NCBI GenBank assembly: GCA_937625935.1
Contig: OW569350.1
Location: forward strand, 591,397 to 655,396
Length of the DNA: 64,000 bases
Reading direction: 5' to 3'
Origin: Tetramitus jugosus
Taxonomy: Eukaryota; Protista; Heterolobosea
A program made the translations under genes and the position numbers. Of this stretch, positions 34,511 to 45,682 are shown in pieces. Each line of letters opens with the position of its first letter. Positions within the stretch are counted from its first letter, which is position 1. Below the pieces are notes generated by a model, which saw only the letters and a program-made list of their open reading frames with translations, had not been told where the DNA came from and did no database searches.

Positions 34511-36334
34511 ATGCAACAATCAACAGAGCGAGCAATCGCAATTTTTCGGTGGCTCTTTGGAAAATCACTCTTGCTCACTACAATTCTAGAAAAGTTTCTC
34601 TTTGCTGCTTCCATCTTTCTGCTCTGCATGCTTGTCATTTTGCATGATCAGTTTGTTTTTGAGCCGAGACTGCCACTATCACCAACAAGCATCAATCACA
34701 ACCACTTTAGTCCTCTCGTCCCTAATAATAATAATAATAGCAACATCAGTAATAGTACTTTGCATAGTCACTATGCAAGCTTTCATGAAACCTGTCTGGG
34801 TCAATACATTTGTCAACAAAGGATGAAGGAGCAAAGAGATCCATTTTTAGATTGTGAAAAATTGTTGAAGGAGGAGTTGATGATTATTCGAATGTATATA
34901 AGAGGACCCTTGGATCATTTTTATGGCGCCCAATCGTCATTTCAATCAAACAACAATAATGGTAGTCACAGCAGCACGAATACAACAATTTCTGATCCTT
35001 CCAATATGACCACTGATTCAAATATAAATGTTGAAACAACAATTACTGAACAGTTTCTTAGTGTGAATGACTCCATGGCTAGTGATATCAACAATGATAC
35101 AAGTCAATCTCGCAACGAGAAGGATAAGTACAACAATCATACTTATGCGAGTCAGGATCAGTCGATTCAATCAAATCCTATTGTACAGAGTTTAAATAGA
35201 TGGAGGAGAAGAGTCAATGTTGCTTTGAATGATACGTCATTAGTCGTGTTCTCTCAAGAAAAGGGATTATTGTACTTGACAAAAGATATGAAAGATCGAT
35301 TGAATATCACAAGAATGGATGTAACGATTGAGCCATGGAATTTTGATTGTTTTTTAAACCGATCCATCAACTTCAATTTATTGTATAGGACAATTCAGTT
35401 GCCATTCATTGGTTCGAACCGTGAATTGCAACGATATTTTCATTTGTTTGTGGGTCTCACTGTGGGATATGACACAATATTTGTTAACGAACTGATGAGA
35501 TATTCAAATAGTACGGGGGTAGCATTTTGCCAACTGTATGACGAACTTTATCATTTAGGCTTCATGAAAGAGACGTTTGATCGGGAGTATAGTATGAACA
35601 CTTTTGTTTGGCTATTATTCAAATTGGCGAGATCACCTCTTCTCTTGTATGTTATGACTTTTTTGATCACATATTATCTGTTGAGACGCACGCAACAGAA
35701 TATACTTTTATTTGCTATACAAAGTCAGCAAGTTCTGTGGTCTGTCTACTCTGGACATCTCTCTGCAGCAAGAATGGTCAGAGTGATATCGAAGAATGCC
35801 TTTCAAAATTTTCTATTCATACCATTGATACTTGGCTTTATTGGGTTTATATCAATGTATTATCAAGATAGATTCACGGCTGTAGCTGTTTTGTCTATCA
35901 TTTGGCTTTTCCAAACGTTCATGATGTTTGGTGTCACATCAGCATCAAAATCAATTCTTCCTTGGATATTCCACTTTTACATGGTGATGTATATCCACTA
36001 TACAATTCGTTATCCTTTTGGATTTACCTATTTTATAAGTCTGGTGATTACATGTCTCGTGTTGCACTCGATTCTTTTGTTCTGGAACAAGTTCGAGTAC
36101 TTCCGTGTGCAGAGAACTCATCCCCTATTGACTGGTGTAAATGCACCAGGTCTACAACCCGTTGTTGGTCAAGCATCTCAATTTACCATACGGTTCCATC
36201 CTGCGGCAGCTCAGTCCATTAATGTCAATGTAGGCGGAATGGGTCGTAATGTTCAAATCCAGCTACGAGTGCAACAACCTCAGCAAAATAGATCAAACGA
36301 AATTCAACCAACCACAGACACCGGTTCAGAATAA
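34511..36334 (+). CDS. Membralin (TMEM259)-like multi-pass ER protein
   Basis: LE..L..L.ILH..F, FSQEKGLLYL...RLNI and VGYDTI motifs; C-terminal TM bundle. Confidence 0.75.
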   Translation: MQQSTERAIAIFRWLFGKSLLLTTILEKFLFAASIFLLCMLVILHDQFVFEPRLPLSPTSINHNHFSPLVPNNNNNSNISNSTLHSHYASFHETCLGQYICQQRMKEQRDPFLDCEKLLKEELMIIRMYIRGPLDHFYGAQSSFQSNNNNGSHSSTNTTISDPSNMTTDSNINVETTITEQFLSVNDSMASDINNDTSQSRNEKDKYNNHTYASQDQSIQSNPIVQSLNRWRRRVNVALNDTSLVVFSQEKGLLYLTKDMKDRLNITRMDVTIEPWNFDCFLNRSINFNLLYRTIQLPFIGSNRELQRYFHLFVGLTVGYDTIFVNELMRYSNSTGVAFCQLYDELYHLGFMKETFDREYSMNTFVWLLFKLARSPLLLYVMTFLITYYLLRRTQQNILLFAIQSQQVLWSVYSGHLSAARMVRVISKNAFQNFLFIPLILGFIGFISMYYQDRFTAVAVLSIIWLFQTFMMFGVTSASKSILPWIFHFYMVMYIHYTIRYPFGFTYFISLVITCLVLHSILLFWNKFEYFRVQRTHPLLTGVNAPGLQPVVGQASQFTIRFHPAAAQSINVNVGGMGRNVQIQLRVQQPQQNRSNEIQPTTDTGSE

Positions 36335-36498
36335 ATGAGTTCAGAAGGTGATGAAAGTCGCCTGCGTTTTGCAGAAATTTTAGCAAGAAAGAATTCCTCT
36401 TGTTTACAAGTACGCATTTTAATAAAAGTAAGGTCTGAAACTCACTTTTTATGTTTTGAATTTTCGTATGTACATGGGATTGATTCTGCTCACAGACA

Positions 36499-37818
36499 TT
36501 AATCGGATGAGGCCGCCAAAGTGCTTAAAGTAGGTAAAAGGGGATCAGGTGGACCTGAGAACTTGGTTTGGATAAATGTTTTGATAATACCTTTCTCCTT
36601 GGCATCAAAGTACTTGTAAACAAGAGGAACATCTTCCAACTGGAATCTATGAGTGAGAATAGTCTTGAAGGCATTATCCAACTTACCTGTCTGAATACAC
36701 TTGGAGAGAATATTCTTCCAATATTTTTGAACTGGAGCTTGACCACCGCCAATCAAGCGAATACCTTTTTCCATGATACCACCAACATTGAGATGGTTGG
36801 TGTAAGCAGCATAGTCTGCAATCAGTACAATAATTCCAAACTTTTTGACCAACTTGATCATCTCATTCAGTACTTCACTGGAATCGGTCTCCAAACCGAC
36901 TGCTCTCTCGACCTTGTGCAAGAGAGTCTTGGTGTATCGGAAACCTGCACAATCGATGGCTCGATCGATTCCACCTGGACAAATTTCCTGAATAGTTTTA
37001 ACTGGATCTTGCTTATCAAAGTTGATAGTTTCTGCATCGAGAAAGTCCTCAGCACGTTTCAAACGATCTGGTACGTCGTCGATTACAATAACTCGCGAAG
37101 CACCCATAATTTTCGCCCAGGCACAGCATAACAAACCAATCGGTCCTGCTCCCCATATTCCTACGACCTGATCTTTCTCTATCTTTGCTTCTACACATGC
37201 ATGATAACTGGTGCATAGGACATCACTTAAATAGAGGCCTTTTTCATCTGGAACATCATCAGGCAAAGGAAGCAAGTTCACATCACCGAATGGAACTCGA
37301 ACATACTCAGCCTGACCACCAGCAAATCCACCACAAAAATGCGAATATCCGAAGATACCGGCAAAGCGATGGCCATACAGATCATTCATTAGCTTGGAAT
37401 CATTGGTAGTGTCACACATGCTCGACAAACCTTTCTTGCAGTACTCACATTTCCCACAGGCAATTTGGAAGGAACAGACAACTCTTTGACCCACCTTTAA
37501 TTTGCATTCAGGTCCTACTTCATCCACGATACCACAGAACTCATGACCCAGAATATCTCCTGACCTCATCTCAAAGATTTCCTTGTGGTACAAGTGAAGA
37601 TCAGATCCACAGACAGTTGTACCTGTTATTTTGACGATGGCATCTTGAGGTTCAGTAACAGCTGGTACCGGTGTATCAATGACACGAACATCCTTATCCC
37701 CAAACCATGCTACAGCCTTCATGGTCTCACCCTTGCGAGTTTTGTACTCGGCGGTTGTGGAGGTGGGAATATCGCCTCCCAACATCTTCTCATAAACGTT
37801 GCTCAATAGGTTTGCCAT
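36499..37818 (-). CDS. Zn-dependent medium-chain dehydrogenase (formaldehyde dehydrogenase-like)
   Basis: CGSDLH, GHE, structural C..C..C..C, GAGPIG. Confidence 0.92.
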   Translation of the reverse strand: MANLLSNVYEKMLGGDIPTSTTAEYKTRKGETMKAVAWFGDKDVRVIDTPVPAVTEPQDAIVKITGTTVCGSDLHLYHKEIFEMRSGDILGHEFCGIVDEVGPECKLKVGQRVVCSFQIACGKCEYCKKGLSSMCDTTNDSKLMNDLYGHRFAGIFGYSHFCGGFAGGQAEYVRVPFGDVNLLPLPDDVPDEKGLYLSDVLCTSYHACVEAKIEKDQVVGIWGAGPIGLLCCAWAKIMGASRVIVIDDVPDRLKRAEDFLDAETINFDKQDPVKTIQEICPGGIDRAIDCAGFRYTKTLLHKVERAVGLETDSSEVLNEMIKLVKKFGIIVLIADYAAYTNHLNVGGIMEKGIRLIGGGQAPVQKYWKNILSKCIQTGKLDNAFKTILTHRFQLEDVPLVYKYFDAKEKGIIKTFIQTKFSGPPDPLLPTLSTLAASSD

Positions 37819-38301
37819 ATTGTACTATATCAAGTCAGTGTATTGCTTTTGTTTTAGGCCCAAGAAAAACTCGTTCCTAAGTCCTTTGATTTCGATCAGA
37901 TCGCAAGTCAACCCATCCAAATTTAGATATGACCTTTCCGAAGGGTAAAAACGCATTGTTTACGGCATGAACAGCGCAACGGAGAATGAATATCAGTCAA
38001 ATACGGATATTATCAGAGATTTTCCAGCAAAGAGTGTATCAAGCGTGTGAATTCCAGTCAAAAGAGAAATGGTTCAGCCATATTCATATTGAGTGTGGAT
38101 GCCCTTCAAGAATTGGAAATGATCGTCCACCATAGCTGGATTCTTGTTCCATGAACATTAAACAGTGCTCAACTTCTTTTTGTTCGGTGTTCTCTTACTG
38201 AACAATTGAACTTGAATTGATTGAAACCTCATTCCTCAGAGGAAAGAATTTCTGCCCCCAAGGAACAAAAAAAAAGAACAACAAAAATTAACAACACTGC
38301 T

Positions 38302-38939
38302 ATGGGTGCCAGACAGAGTCATCCAACGAACGCCGCCAATGATACGGCATCACAACCCGTCAATTTTTCCATTACTTTTAGTGTTCGTTCTGTGGCTCTC
38401 CAAATTGACCCTTCTCGTTCATCCTCAACAACAACAACGACACTCACGTGTCTGGATGATCAAGTCGTCTTGCCCATGGATATTTTCAATCAATGGCTTC
38501 TGGTCCAGTGGATTTTGATAGTTTTTATCATACTCCAACAATTGGAGCTGCATTCCTTTCAAGCCAATGGTTTTTTGAGACTGAGGATTATAAGCTGGAG
38601 CTTTGGGATACTGCAGGTCATGAAAGATATCTATCTTTATTGCCAATGTATATTAGAAGAACGAACATGGTTGTTTTTATGATCCGCCTTGATAAGGAAG
38701 AGAGTGTGGAGCGGTTGATTCGAATTCATTCGAATTCTAATTTTGGTGATACTTCTGCGTTCGAGATTGTTATAGCAACAGGTAAGGACCTTAAGAGAGA
38801 TAATAGGTTGAGCTACACTGCTCTGGAGTTTTGTGCAAAACACGACATTCCTTACTATGAGTGCAGTTTGAAAGACCCTATCCAACCATTTTATGTGATC
38901 TATTCTCTGTTGAATCAAGCTCGCTCAAAAAGAAAGTAG
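38302..38939 (+). pseudogene. Divergent Rab-like small GTPase, frameshifted near 38480-38495
   Basis: PTIGAAF, LELWDTAGHERY, ECS; N-terminal MGARQS; no recognisable P-loop and no C-terminal Cys. Confidence 0.6.
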
Positions 38940-39745
38940 TTAAGCCATTGTTTGTAACAATGGAATAAACCATTTCTTCCAATAATCGCGCGCAATTACA
39001 TGCAAACGATACATGTTTTACCTTTTCTCTCCACCCCTTCAACAAGGACATTGACTTAACATTTATCAACAATTTATTCTATCAACTGTGAAAGATACCC
39101 AAGCTTTGGTTCGTCTATCCAAAATGTATAATTTTTGCATATCTTCCTTGTAGTGTTGTCACTTTTCATAAACGATTCATTCTTTGAGAAGACCACGCCA
39201 AGGACAAACAAGAAGACAATTGCGAAAAGTTTTGCTCAATTTGTTTTGATCTGAACAACAGTCGGTTCAGTGATCGTCACGTAATACAAGAGATCCTAAT
39301 AAGCGATTGCTGCTTGAAAACGTCCATCTTGTTGAAGTTTTTTCCATGATAAGAACAGTTGCTGTATCATGAGAGCTTCCCTGATGTTGTTGAATGAGCG
39401 AGTGAGTTCCTGTTGAACGTTTTGGGTGTGGTTAGGGTTTTGCTTGATCATCATTCAACGTAACAATCTTGGGCGAAAGGAAAAACTGGATCCAGATCAT
39501 CGGTGCCTTGCAGAAGTGAGTGCATGCGGTGTCTGTGATCCTGGATTACAACAGTCGGACTCAAGGATGTTCCGCGGGATGAGCTTCCGAACAACCCTCC
39601 CTTCTCGGCTCGATCACCTTATCGGGACTTTCAAGCGTGAATTGGATATCCACACCATCCATAAAACCTCGATGCTGGACTCAATTCTTTCAACCATCAT
39701 CCATTCTTTTGACACAAAACATATCACACTACATTATCCTAACCA

Positions 39746-40657
39746 ATGATGAGAATCTCTATGATTGCAATCGTTGCAGTTCTGTTGTTGGCATTGGTGA
39801 CTGTCTCCCAGGCTGCCTCACAGCTCAGAAAGCAGCCTAACCATTGGGTCGCTAAGGCTGTCCAAGCCAGACGATCTGGTGATTTGTCAAAGGTCACTGA
39901 CCCAGAGGTCAAGAAGCTGATTGAAAAGTTGAACAAGGCGATTCGAGAGGCTGAAAACGCCAGAAAGATTGCTTATTCCTTCAAGAAGGGCGCCAAGAAG
40001 ACCACTGAAACTGCCACTCCAACTGAAGAGACTCTCTCTGATGCATCCATCTCCAATGGTGCTACATTGAAAGCTACAACTCATTTAAATATCCGTTCTG
40101 GTCCATGTACCACCAACTCTGTCGTCAGAGTATTGTCTCCAGGTCATACTGTAACCTTCACTGGTCAAACTGCGGCTGGATGTGGTTACACTTGGTACTC
40201 GATCAATGGTGGATGGGTCGCAAGCAACTTTGTCACTGTTGTTGGTGGAGGTGGCGGTGGAGGCGGCGGCAAGATGTCCAATGCTGATGCTTTGAACAAG
40301 GTTCGTTCTGCTGGTATAACTATTTACAATCAGATATGTCCCAATAGAAACAGTGTTAGATGCACCTCTCTGGATCAAGTCAACACTAGGACCATTGACA
40401 TGATTGTGACTCTCAAGAGAGCCTCTGGATGTCCAATTAACATCACTGGAGGAACTGAGGTTGGTCATGCAATCATTCCGTTAAGCCACGGCAATGGTTT
40501 CAAGCTAGATATCTCATTGAACTCTTGCATCAACAAGTATATCACTTCTAGTTTTCCTTACATTGGCAAAAGAGGTGATGGAGCTCTGATGTATAAGGCA
40601 TCCTCAGGAAGCATCTATGCCCACGAAGGAAACCATTGGGACATTACATATCCATAA
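39746..40657 (+). CDS. Secreted SH3b-domain protein with putative Zn peptidase (M15/LAS-like) domain
   Basis: Signal peptide; LNIRSGP..VV....G..V...G....WY....GWV (bacterial SH3); poly-Gly linker; ITGGTE.GH, SHGNGFKLD, EGNHWD. Confidence 0.75.
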   Translation: MMRISMIAIVAVLLLALVTVSQAASQLRKQPNHWVAKAVQARRSGDLSKVTDPEVKKLIEKLNKAIREAENARKIAYSFKKGAKKTTETATPTEETLSDASISNGATLKATTHLNIRSGPCTTNSVVRVLSPGHTVTFTGQTAAGCGYTWYSINGGWVASNFVTVVGGGGGGGGGKMSNADALNKVRSAGITIYNQICPNRNSVRCTSLDQVNTRTIDMIVTLKRASGCPINITGGTEVGHAIIPLSHGNGFKLDISLNSCINKYITSSFPYIGKRGDGALMYKASSGSIYAHEGNHWDITYP

Positions 40658-41896
40658 ATTTCTTCTTTTTCTTTTGAGAGTATCAACAGTTCAAGTTCAT
40701 GACTCATCATGGAACTGACAACAACAAAAAACTGTATCGATAAATAAGCCAATACTCTCAGTGATGTCCAACAAGAGTAGTGACCATCAACACTGAAAGA
40801 AGTTGCACCATTTGATTCATTCCTTTCGGAGGGTAAATTCATTTCTTTATGGTCGAGTTGGTATGTTTGTTCGTATTGGTGGAACTCGTTCATCCTTGAT
40901 AGTGTAGATAGTGCAGTTACCGATCGCCGGCGACTAATGTTGGAGAACAAAATGTATCAGGCGAGCAAAGATCCATTGGCGTCCTCTTGAGGAGCTTTCC
41001 TTAGAGTTTTTTCATCATGAAATGCTGCTTCACTCCACACATGACCAAAGGTAAGAATTGCGCATGGATGCAATATGAATGGCGAAAACAATGGTTAACC
41101 GAGCTCGGTTCCCTCAAACTGAGTTTTCTCCTGATTCTGGTCATACAACAAGATCCAAATTTGTTGTCACTTCACCTCGTTCCCTTGTTGTATTATTGTA
41201 TTTTGATGACCTTGTTGCTGCTGTGTTTTCACTCTTCCTCTCGTTTTCGACACAGATTTGAAAATGGTTTTTTGGAGGAAGTTGCACAAGTCCGCGGCCC
41301 CAGCGGGACCCAGGTCACCCTTTGTGCCTCGCCATCTGAGGCTCGCCAGCTCTTGGTAGTTCGTTAGGATCGAGCATTCCCAGACCCTCACCTGTCACGA
41401 ACAAAGTTCTGCTCTCACCGCGGTTCTGGAGACTTGGTCTCCTATGTCTCCGGGCCTTGTGGCATTTTAAGAAGGACGACGAACCAAGGATGAGTTTGTT
41501 TGATCACAAGACAAGATTCTGTGGTGAGGACACTCAAAATGAAGCTCCTTCCTGACCACTTTTACGCGTGTTCAGGACTTGTCTAGAGCGTCTGGAGGGA
41601 CAGGAAAAAAGTGTCGGCTAGCCCGAAAAAAGGGTGTTCTTATTTGAGAATAAGCTTGACACCCAAATCATCCACCGAAGTCATATCACGCGAATCACGA
41701 TTCCGTGCGCTGTCATTTTGCGGCTGATTTGAATTCGACTCTAGGGTTTCAGGAGTCAACGGTAAAACAGCGAGCACATGCGCATGATTTGTGTTTCACG
41801 TGGAAACAAAACTCTGTTGGATTCCTCCTTTTGAAATATGATTGAGCATGCAATGATTTTGTTTATCGTGAGAATGTTGTTTTAGCGGAAAGTGAC

Positions 41897-42466
41897 TCAT
41901 TTGGGTCCTCTTGTTTGACGTCTTACAGCTTTGGCAATCAACGACTCCAATTCAAGTGTTCCACCCAAAGCTTCGATCTGGTCTGAAGCTCGCTGTTTGT
42001 AGAGCATGGCTTCGGCGCGGAAAGCTACGAAAGCACGAACAGTGTTAACTAATTCAGCCCCTTCTTTGTCAGTTCTCAGTGTGAAGGAGGCCACCTCGGT
42101 TCTTCTTTTCTTTGATGGACGTTCAGCACTGGAGTCCGAGGGAGGACTGACATTGGTTCTTTTAGCTTGTTGTTCAACACCTCTTTTTACAGAGCCCAGG
42201 ACATTGGACTTGTCCTTAGTATATCGTCGATTCAAGAAGGAACGGACCTTTTCGCTCTTTGGACCATTTTCAACAAGTTTAGAAAAAGCTCTACTTGTTT
42301 CTAATCCTGTATCTCCCATCTTTTTCCAGTTTCCATGTGAATCTTGAATAGAGAACCTACCTTTCCATGATAGTCCAGAGTTTGGAGACTCCTTGGCAAA
42401 CAAGTCTTGAAGAGTGGTGAGGTGCGCCACTGCAACCGCCACCGTCATCATCTCCACCGGTAACAT
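41897..42466 (-). CDS. Hypothetical basic protein fragment, probably transposon-derived
   Basis: 189-aa ORF with NLS-like PSKKRR in a degraded region. Confidence 0.25.
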   Translation of the reverse strand: MLPVEMMTVAVAVAHLTTLQDLFAKESPNSGLSWKGRFSIQDSHGNWKKMGDTGLETSRAFSKLVENGPKSEKVRSFLNRRYTKDKSNVLGSVKRGVEQQAKRTNVSPPSDSSAERPSKKRRTEVASFTLRTDKEGAELVNTVRAFVAFRAEAMLYKQRASDQIEALGGTLELESLIAKAVRRQTRGPK

Positions 42467-42987
42467 CTAACACAACCATCGATGACCAATGATCCTGACG
42501 CTCGTTTAACTGAAGAGCATTGACTAGACAATCAACAACTGACTCTGAAACATTGTCAATGATTCTGCTGTTGTGACCACGAACGCAGTGGCGCTTATCA
42601 CTGATACTCCCATGGTTTCAATTCTGCTTCTCTTCGTCACAGGTTCAATTGTTTCTTGGAGGTTCTGCTTCTCTTTGGAAAGCTTGTCACTGGTTCCAAG
42701 GTTTCTTGTCGTTCGGTTTCGGCTCTGACATGTCAAACTCAAAAGATTGAACACTGAAACTGGTTGACAAGCTCAAGACGAATGCACTCAAGCGGGGTAC
42801 CAGTCTGGTTGTTTCATTGATTGTGATTCGAGACACGTTGCCTCGTGAGAGGGGCTGTGTTGCTCGTTGGTGGACAGGTGAAGGTACTTGGCACCAATGC
42901 ATTGACAGGTGGGGACAATGACAAACTTCATGGTGTATGATTGTGTCTGTTTGACATCGATACACAATTGAAAGTTGTAAGTCTTCA

Positions 42988-43560
42988 TCATAACGCCTCA
43001 GAGGGCTTGACAGACTTGACCACCTTTCGATGTGAGTCATCATTGCGATTAAACACTTAGTGGTTGCACACTGTTTAACTCCTCTGACAATAGAGATCAT
43101 CAATCCTGCTTTGTCTTGTCTTTGATGCTTGCATACTGGCTTCAAATGACGATGGTATTCACAAATAACCTGGCTGGTAATAAACTCATCCACCATTTGA
43201 AGCGTGAATTTTTCATTCAATCTTTTCAATAGCTTTGCTTTGGGAGCAGAATGACTTCCTTTGTAACTACCAAATCCTCCATTGCCCATTCCAATCACCA
43301 ACGTTCTTCCATTTGCTCTCATGGCAAAGTCACACGAGCAATAGTCCTACCACCGATGCCAAATCGAACAAGATTCAACATTTTGTTAAACTGAGACGAA
43401 TTGGACTATGGAGCCAAGCTCATCATTCTTCGAAGAACAAGTGGTTCAATATGTACAATGACTCTCTTTTTGTCATGTGCACTCTTCTTTTTTCGTATGC
43501 ACGGTGTAGAGGTACCAGATATCGTTGACCTATTTGCCAACGTGTTTGAGCAGATTGAGA
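42988..43560 (-). pseudogene. Fanzor (eukaryotic TnpB-like RNA-guided nuclease) C-terminal remnant
   Basis: LVIGMGNGGF..KG...AP..KLLKRL....LQMVDEFITSQVIC..H (RuvC-II), RGVKQC....C (Zn finger), then frameshifted FNRND at 43053-43039 (RuvC-III-like). Confidence 0.7.
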
Positions 43561-43624
43561 GGTGCAATGGCCAGACTGATTACACCCGCCATTGACGCAT
43601 TGGTTGGTTAAGCCACGCATCACT

Positions 43625-43800
43625 ATACCCTTTACTGAGACGACGACCGGAAGACAAAAACGTGAGCTTTGAGGGTGAAATCAATAATGTTGTTAACGTT
43701 GAACCTTTGCACTTTGCGACCGTGTATGCAGTGATACAGACTCGGGTTCGTAGCCAAGTCAGCGGGAAAGTCTGGTATTGACAACCAGGTAATTGTCGAG
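43625..43800 (-). pseudogene. PIF1-type helicase C-terminal remnant (Helitron-like)
   Basis: QTFPLT..AYTVAKCKGSTL..F..G..LSK resembles QFPL.LAYA.TVHK.QG.TL..GQ.YVALSR. Confidence 0.45.
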
Positions 43801-44045
43801 TAACCATCAAGGCTTCTTCCTTCACTGGCATGAAACAAAGCCGGCCAGCCAGGACAAACTTTTACCTTGGTTCTTTCATGCCGAGTACTCGTGCCATTTT
43901 GCATGGATGAAAGACGCGACATGTGAAGACAACAAAAAAATAAACAAAACAAACAAACATCATAAAGCAATAAACAAGAATGGTATGTTTGACTTGGCAC
44001 TTTATTTCTCGAAAGGATCATACTGACATGCTCTATGTTATGAAA

Positions 44046-45682
44046 ATGACAGAGCTCAGCCAATGATGATGATAATACGAGTATCGACAACTCACCGATA
44101 ATCGTGTCTACACCAGAAGAAACAAAAGAAGTGATAACGCCAGTACCATGGAGATCATTATTCATAGTGTTACTCGTGTTCATTGCGGATGCTTTTAGTT
44201 TCACGACACTGGCACCGTACATTACAGAGTTTGTAGTGGATTTGGGAGTGGTACCAGATGGGGATATGAAAAAGATTGGGTACTATGCAGGCCTGATTGG
44301 AGGTAGTTACTATGTCACACAATTCTTTAGTGCTATGATATGGGGATGGTTATCAGATCGATATGGGAGAAAACCTATTTTGTTGATTGGTGCTGCTGGT
44401 AGTTGTATTGCGAGTTTCTTGTTTGGACTTTCGAAATCTATATATTGGGCTATTGTTACTAGGGCATTATTTGGTTTGAATGGAAATTTGGGAGTGTACA
44501 AAGTTTATTTGGGTGAGATATCTGATAAGACAAACCAAGCAAAAGTGTTTTCTTATTTTTCAGTTTCATTCTCTTTAACGAGCATTGTTGGTCCCATTAT
44601 CGGAGGTTTTTTAGCTAGTCCCATGAAACAATATCCCGCACTGGCAAATATATTACCGGCACGAATTACTGCCTTTTTCAAATATTTTCCATTCATTCTG
44701 CCAAATGATGAGTTTGATGAACCTGTTGGCTTTTATACTCGCTTTCTTGTATCTGAAAGAGACTAACAGGGCTCTGTTAACAAAAAGAGAAAACGTTGAT
44801 TTGGAGGTACATGAGACGGATACACCCATTGAACTAGAAACCGAAATAGAGCGAGAAGAAGACGTAATTCAAGACAATATTGCAGATGTGGATCAACAAT
44901 ATGAGGATAACAACGAAAGCGATCTCGACAAACTACAGGATAATGATAATGAAGAGGAATTTAAGCAAGTTCCATCTTCTTGGCGAGAGTATTTGAGTAA
45001 GAGGTTAAATTTAGATAATGAGATATTTAAGTCGCGTGCTCCACTATCAGTTGCATTAGTTTATGCATTGCTGGGATTTGTGAACATAATTTATGTGGAA
45101 ATAATGCCGTTATTTCTAGTCTTAAAACCTGAGGATGGAGGCTTGAACTTTGATTTGAAACAAATTGGCATTTTGAATGCCGTTGCGAGTGTGATTGTAC
45201 TCTTTTGGACGATATTTGCCAGTCCTAGAATAATCAAGCGGTTGGGGCCCACAAGAACTCTCAAGATATCTTTTGTGGTGGCACCATTTTCTCTTTTCAT
45301 TCCTTTATCAAACAAGCTCTATTCGATCAAGGCACTCATGTGGCTCTACCTCTTATTCATTCATTCTCTTCGGTTCATGATGGTTCATCTCATTTCTTCT
45401 ACTGTTCACATAATGACCGTTAATTCGGTCACATCAGCCAACATGGGCAAGTTGAATGGAATTTCTCAATCTGGAGTCGCACTTGTCAGAAGTATCGGAC
45501 CAATCATTGGAGGTAGTATATTCTCATGGTCTCTCACTACAGCTATTCCATTCAAAATGTATATAATATTCATTCTAATGATTATTGTGTATCTGGTACT
45601 TCTAGGTATTGTATTACCATTGCCAAACTCTTTGGATTCACCAAAGAACGTACCTGAGGAAGAAACAGCAGGTGAAACATAA
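44046..45682 (+). pseudogene. MFS transporter (ZIFL/DHA1-like), frameshifted near 44050 and 44705
   Basis: WGWLSDRYGRKP motif A, GPIIGG twice, about 12 TM helices split over two frames. Confidence 0.8.

Noticed and set aside
34310-34568. Overlapping head-to-head coding regions of the ankyrin and membralin genes
   Set aside because: The overlap arises from non-ATG ORF starts; the ATG starts (34391, 34511) leave a 119-bp gap.
39426-39749. GVCDPG as a RuvC-I motif of a second Fanzor
   Set aside because: Isolated short match, opposite strand to the Fanzor fragment, no supporting motifs.
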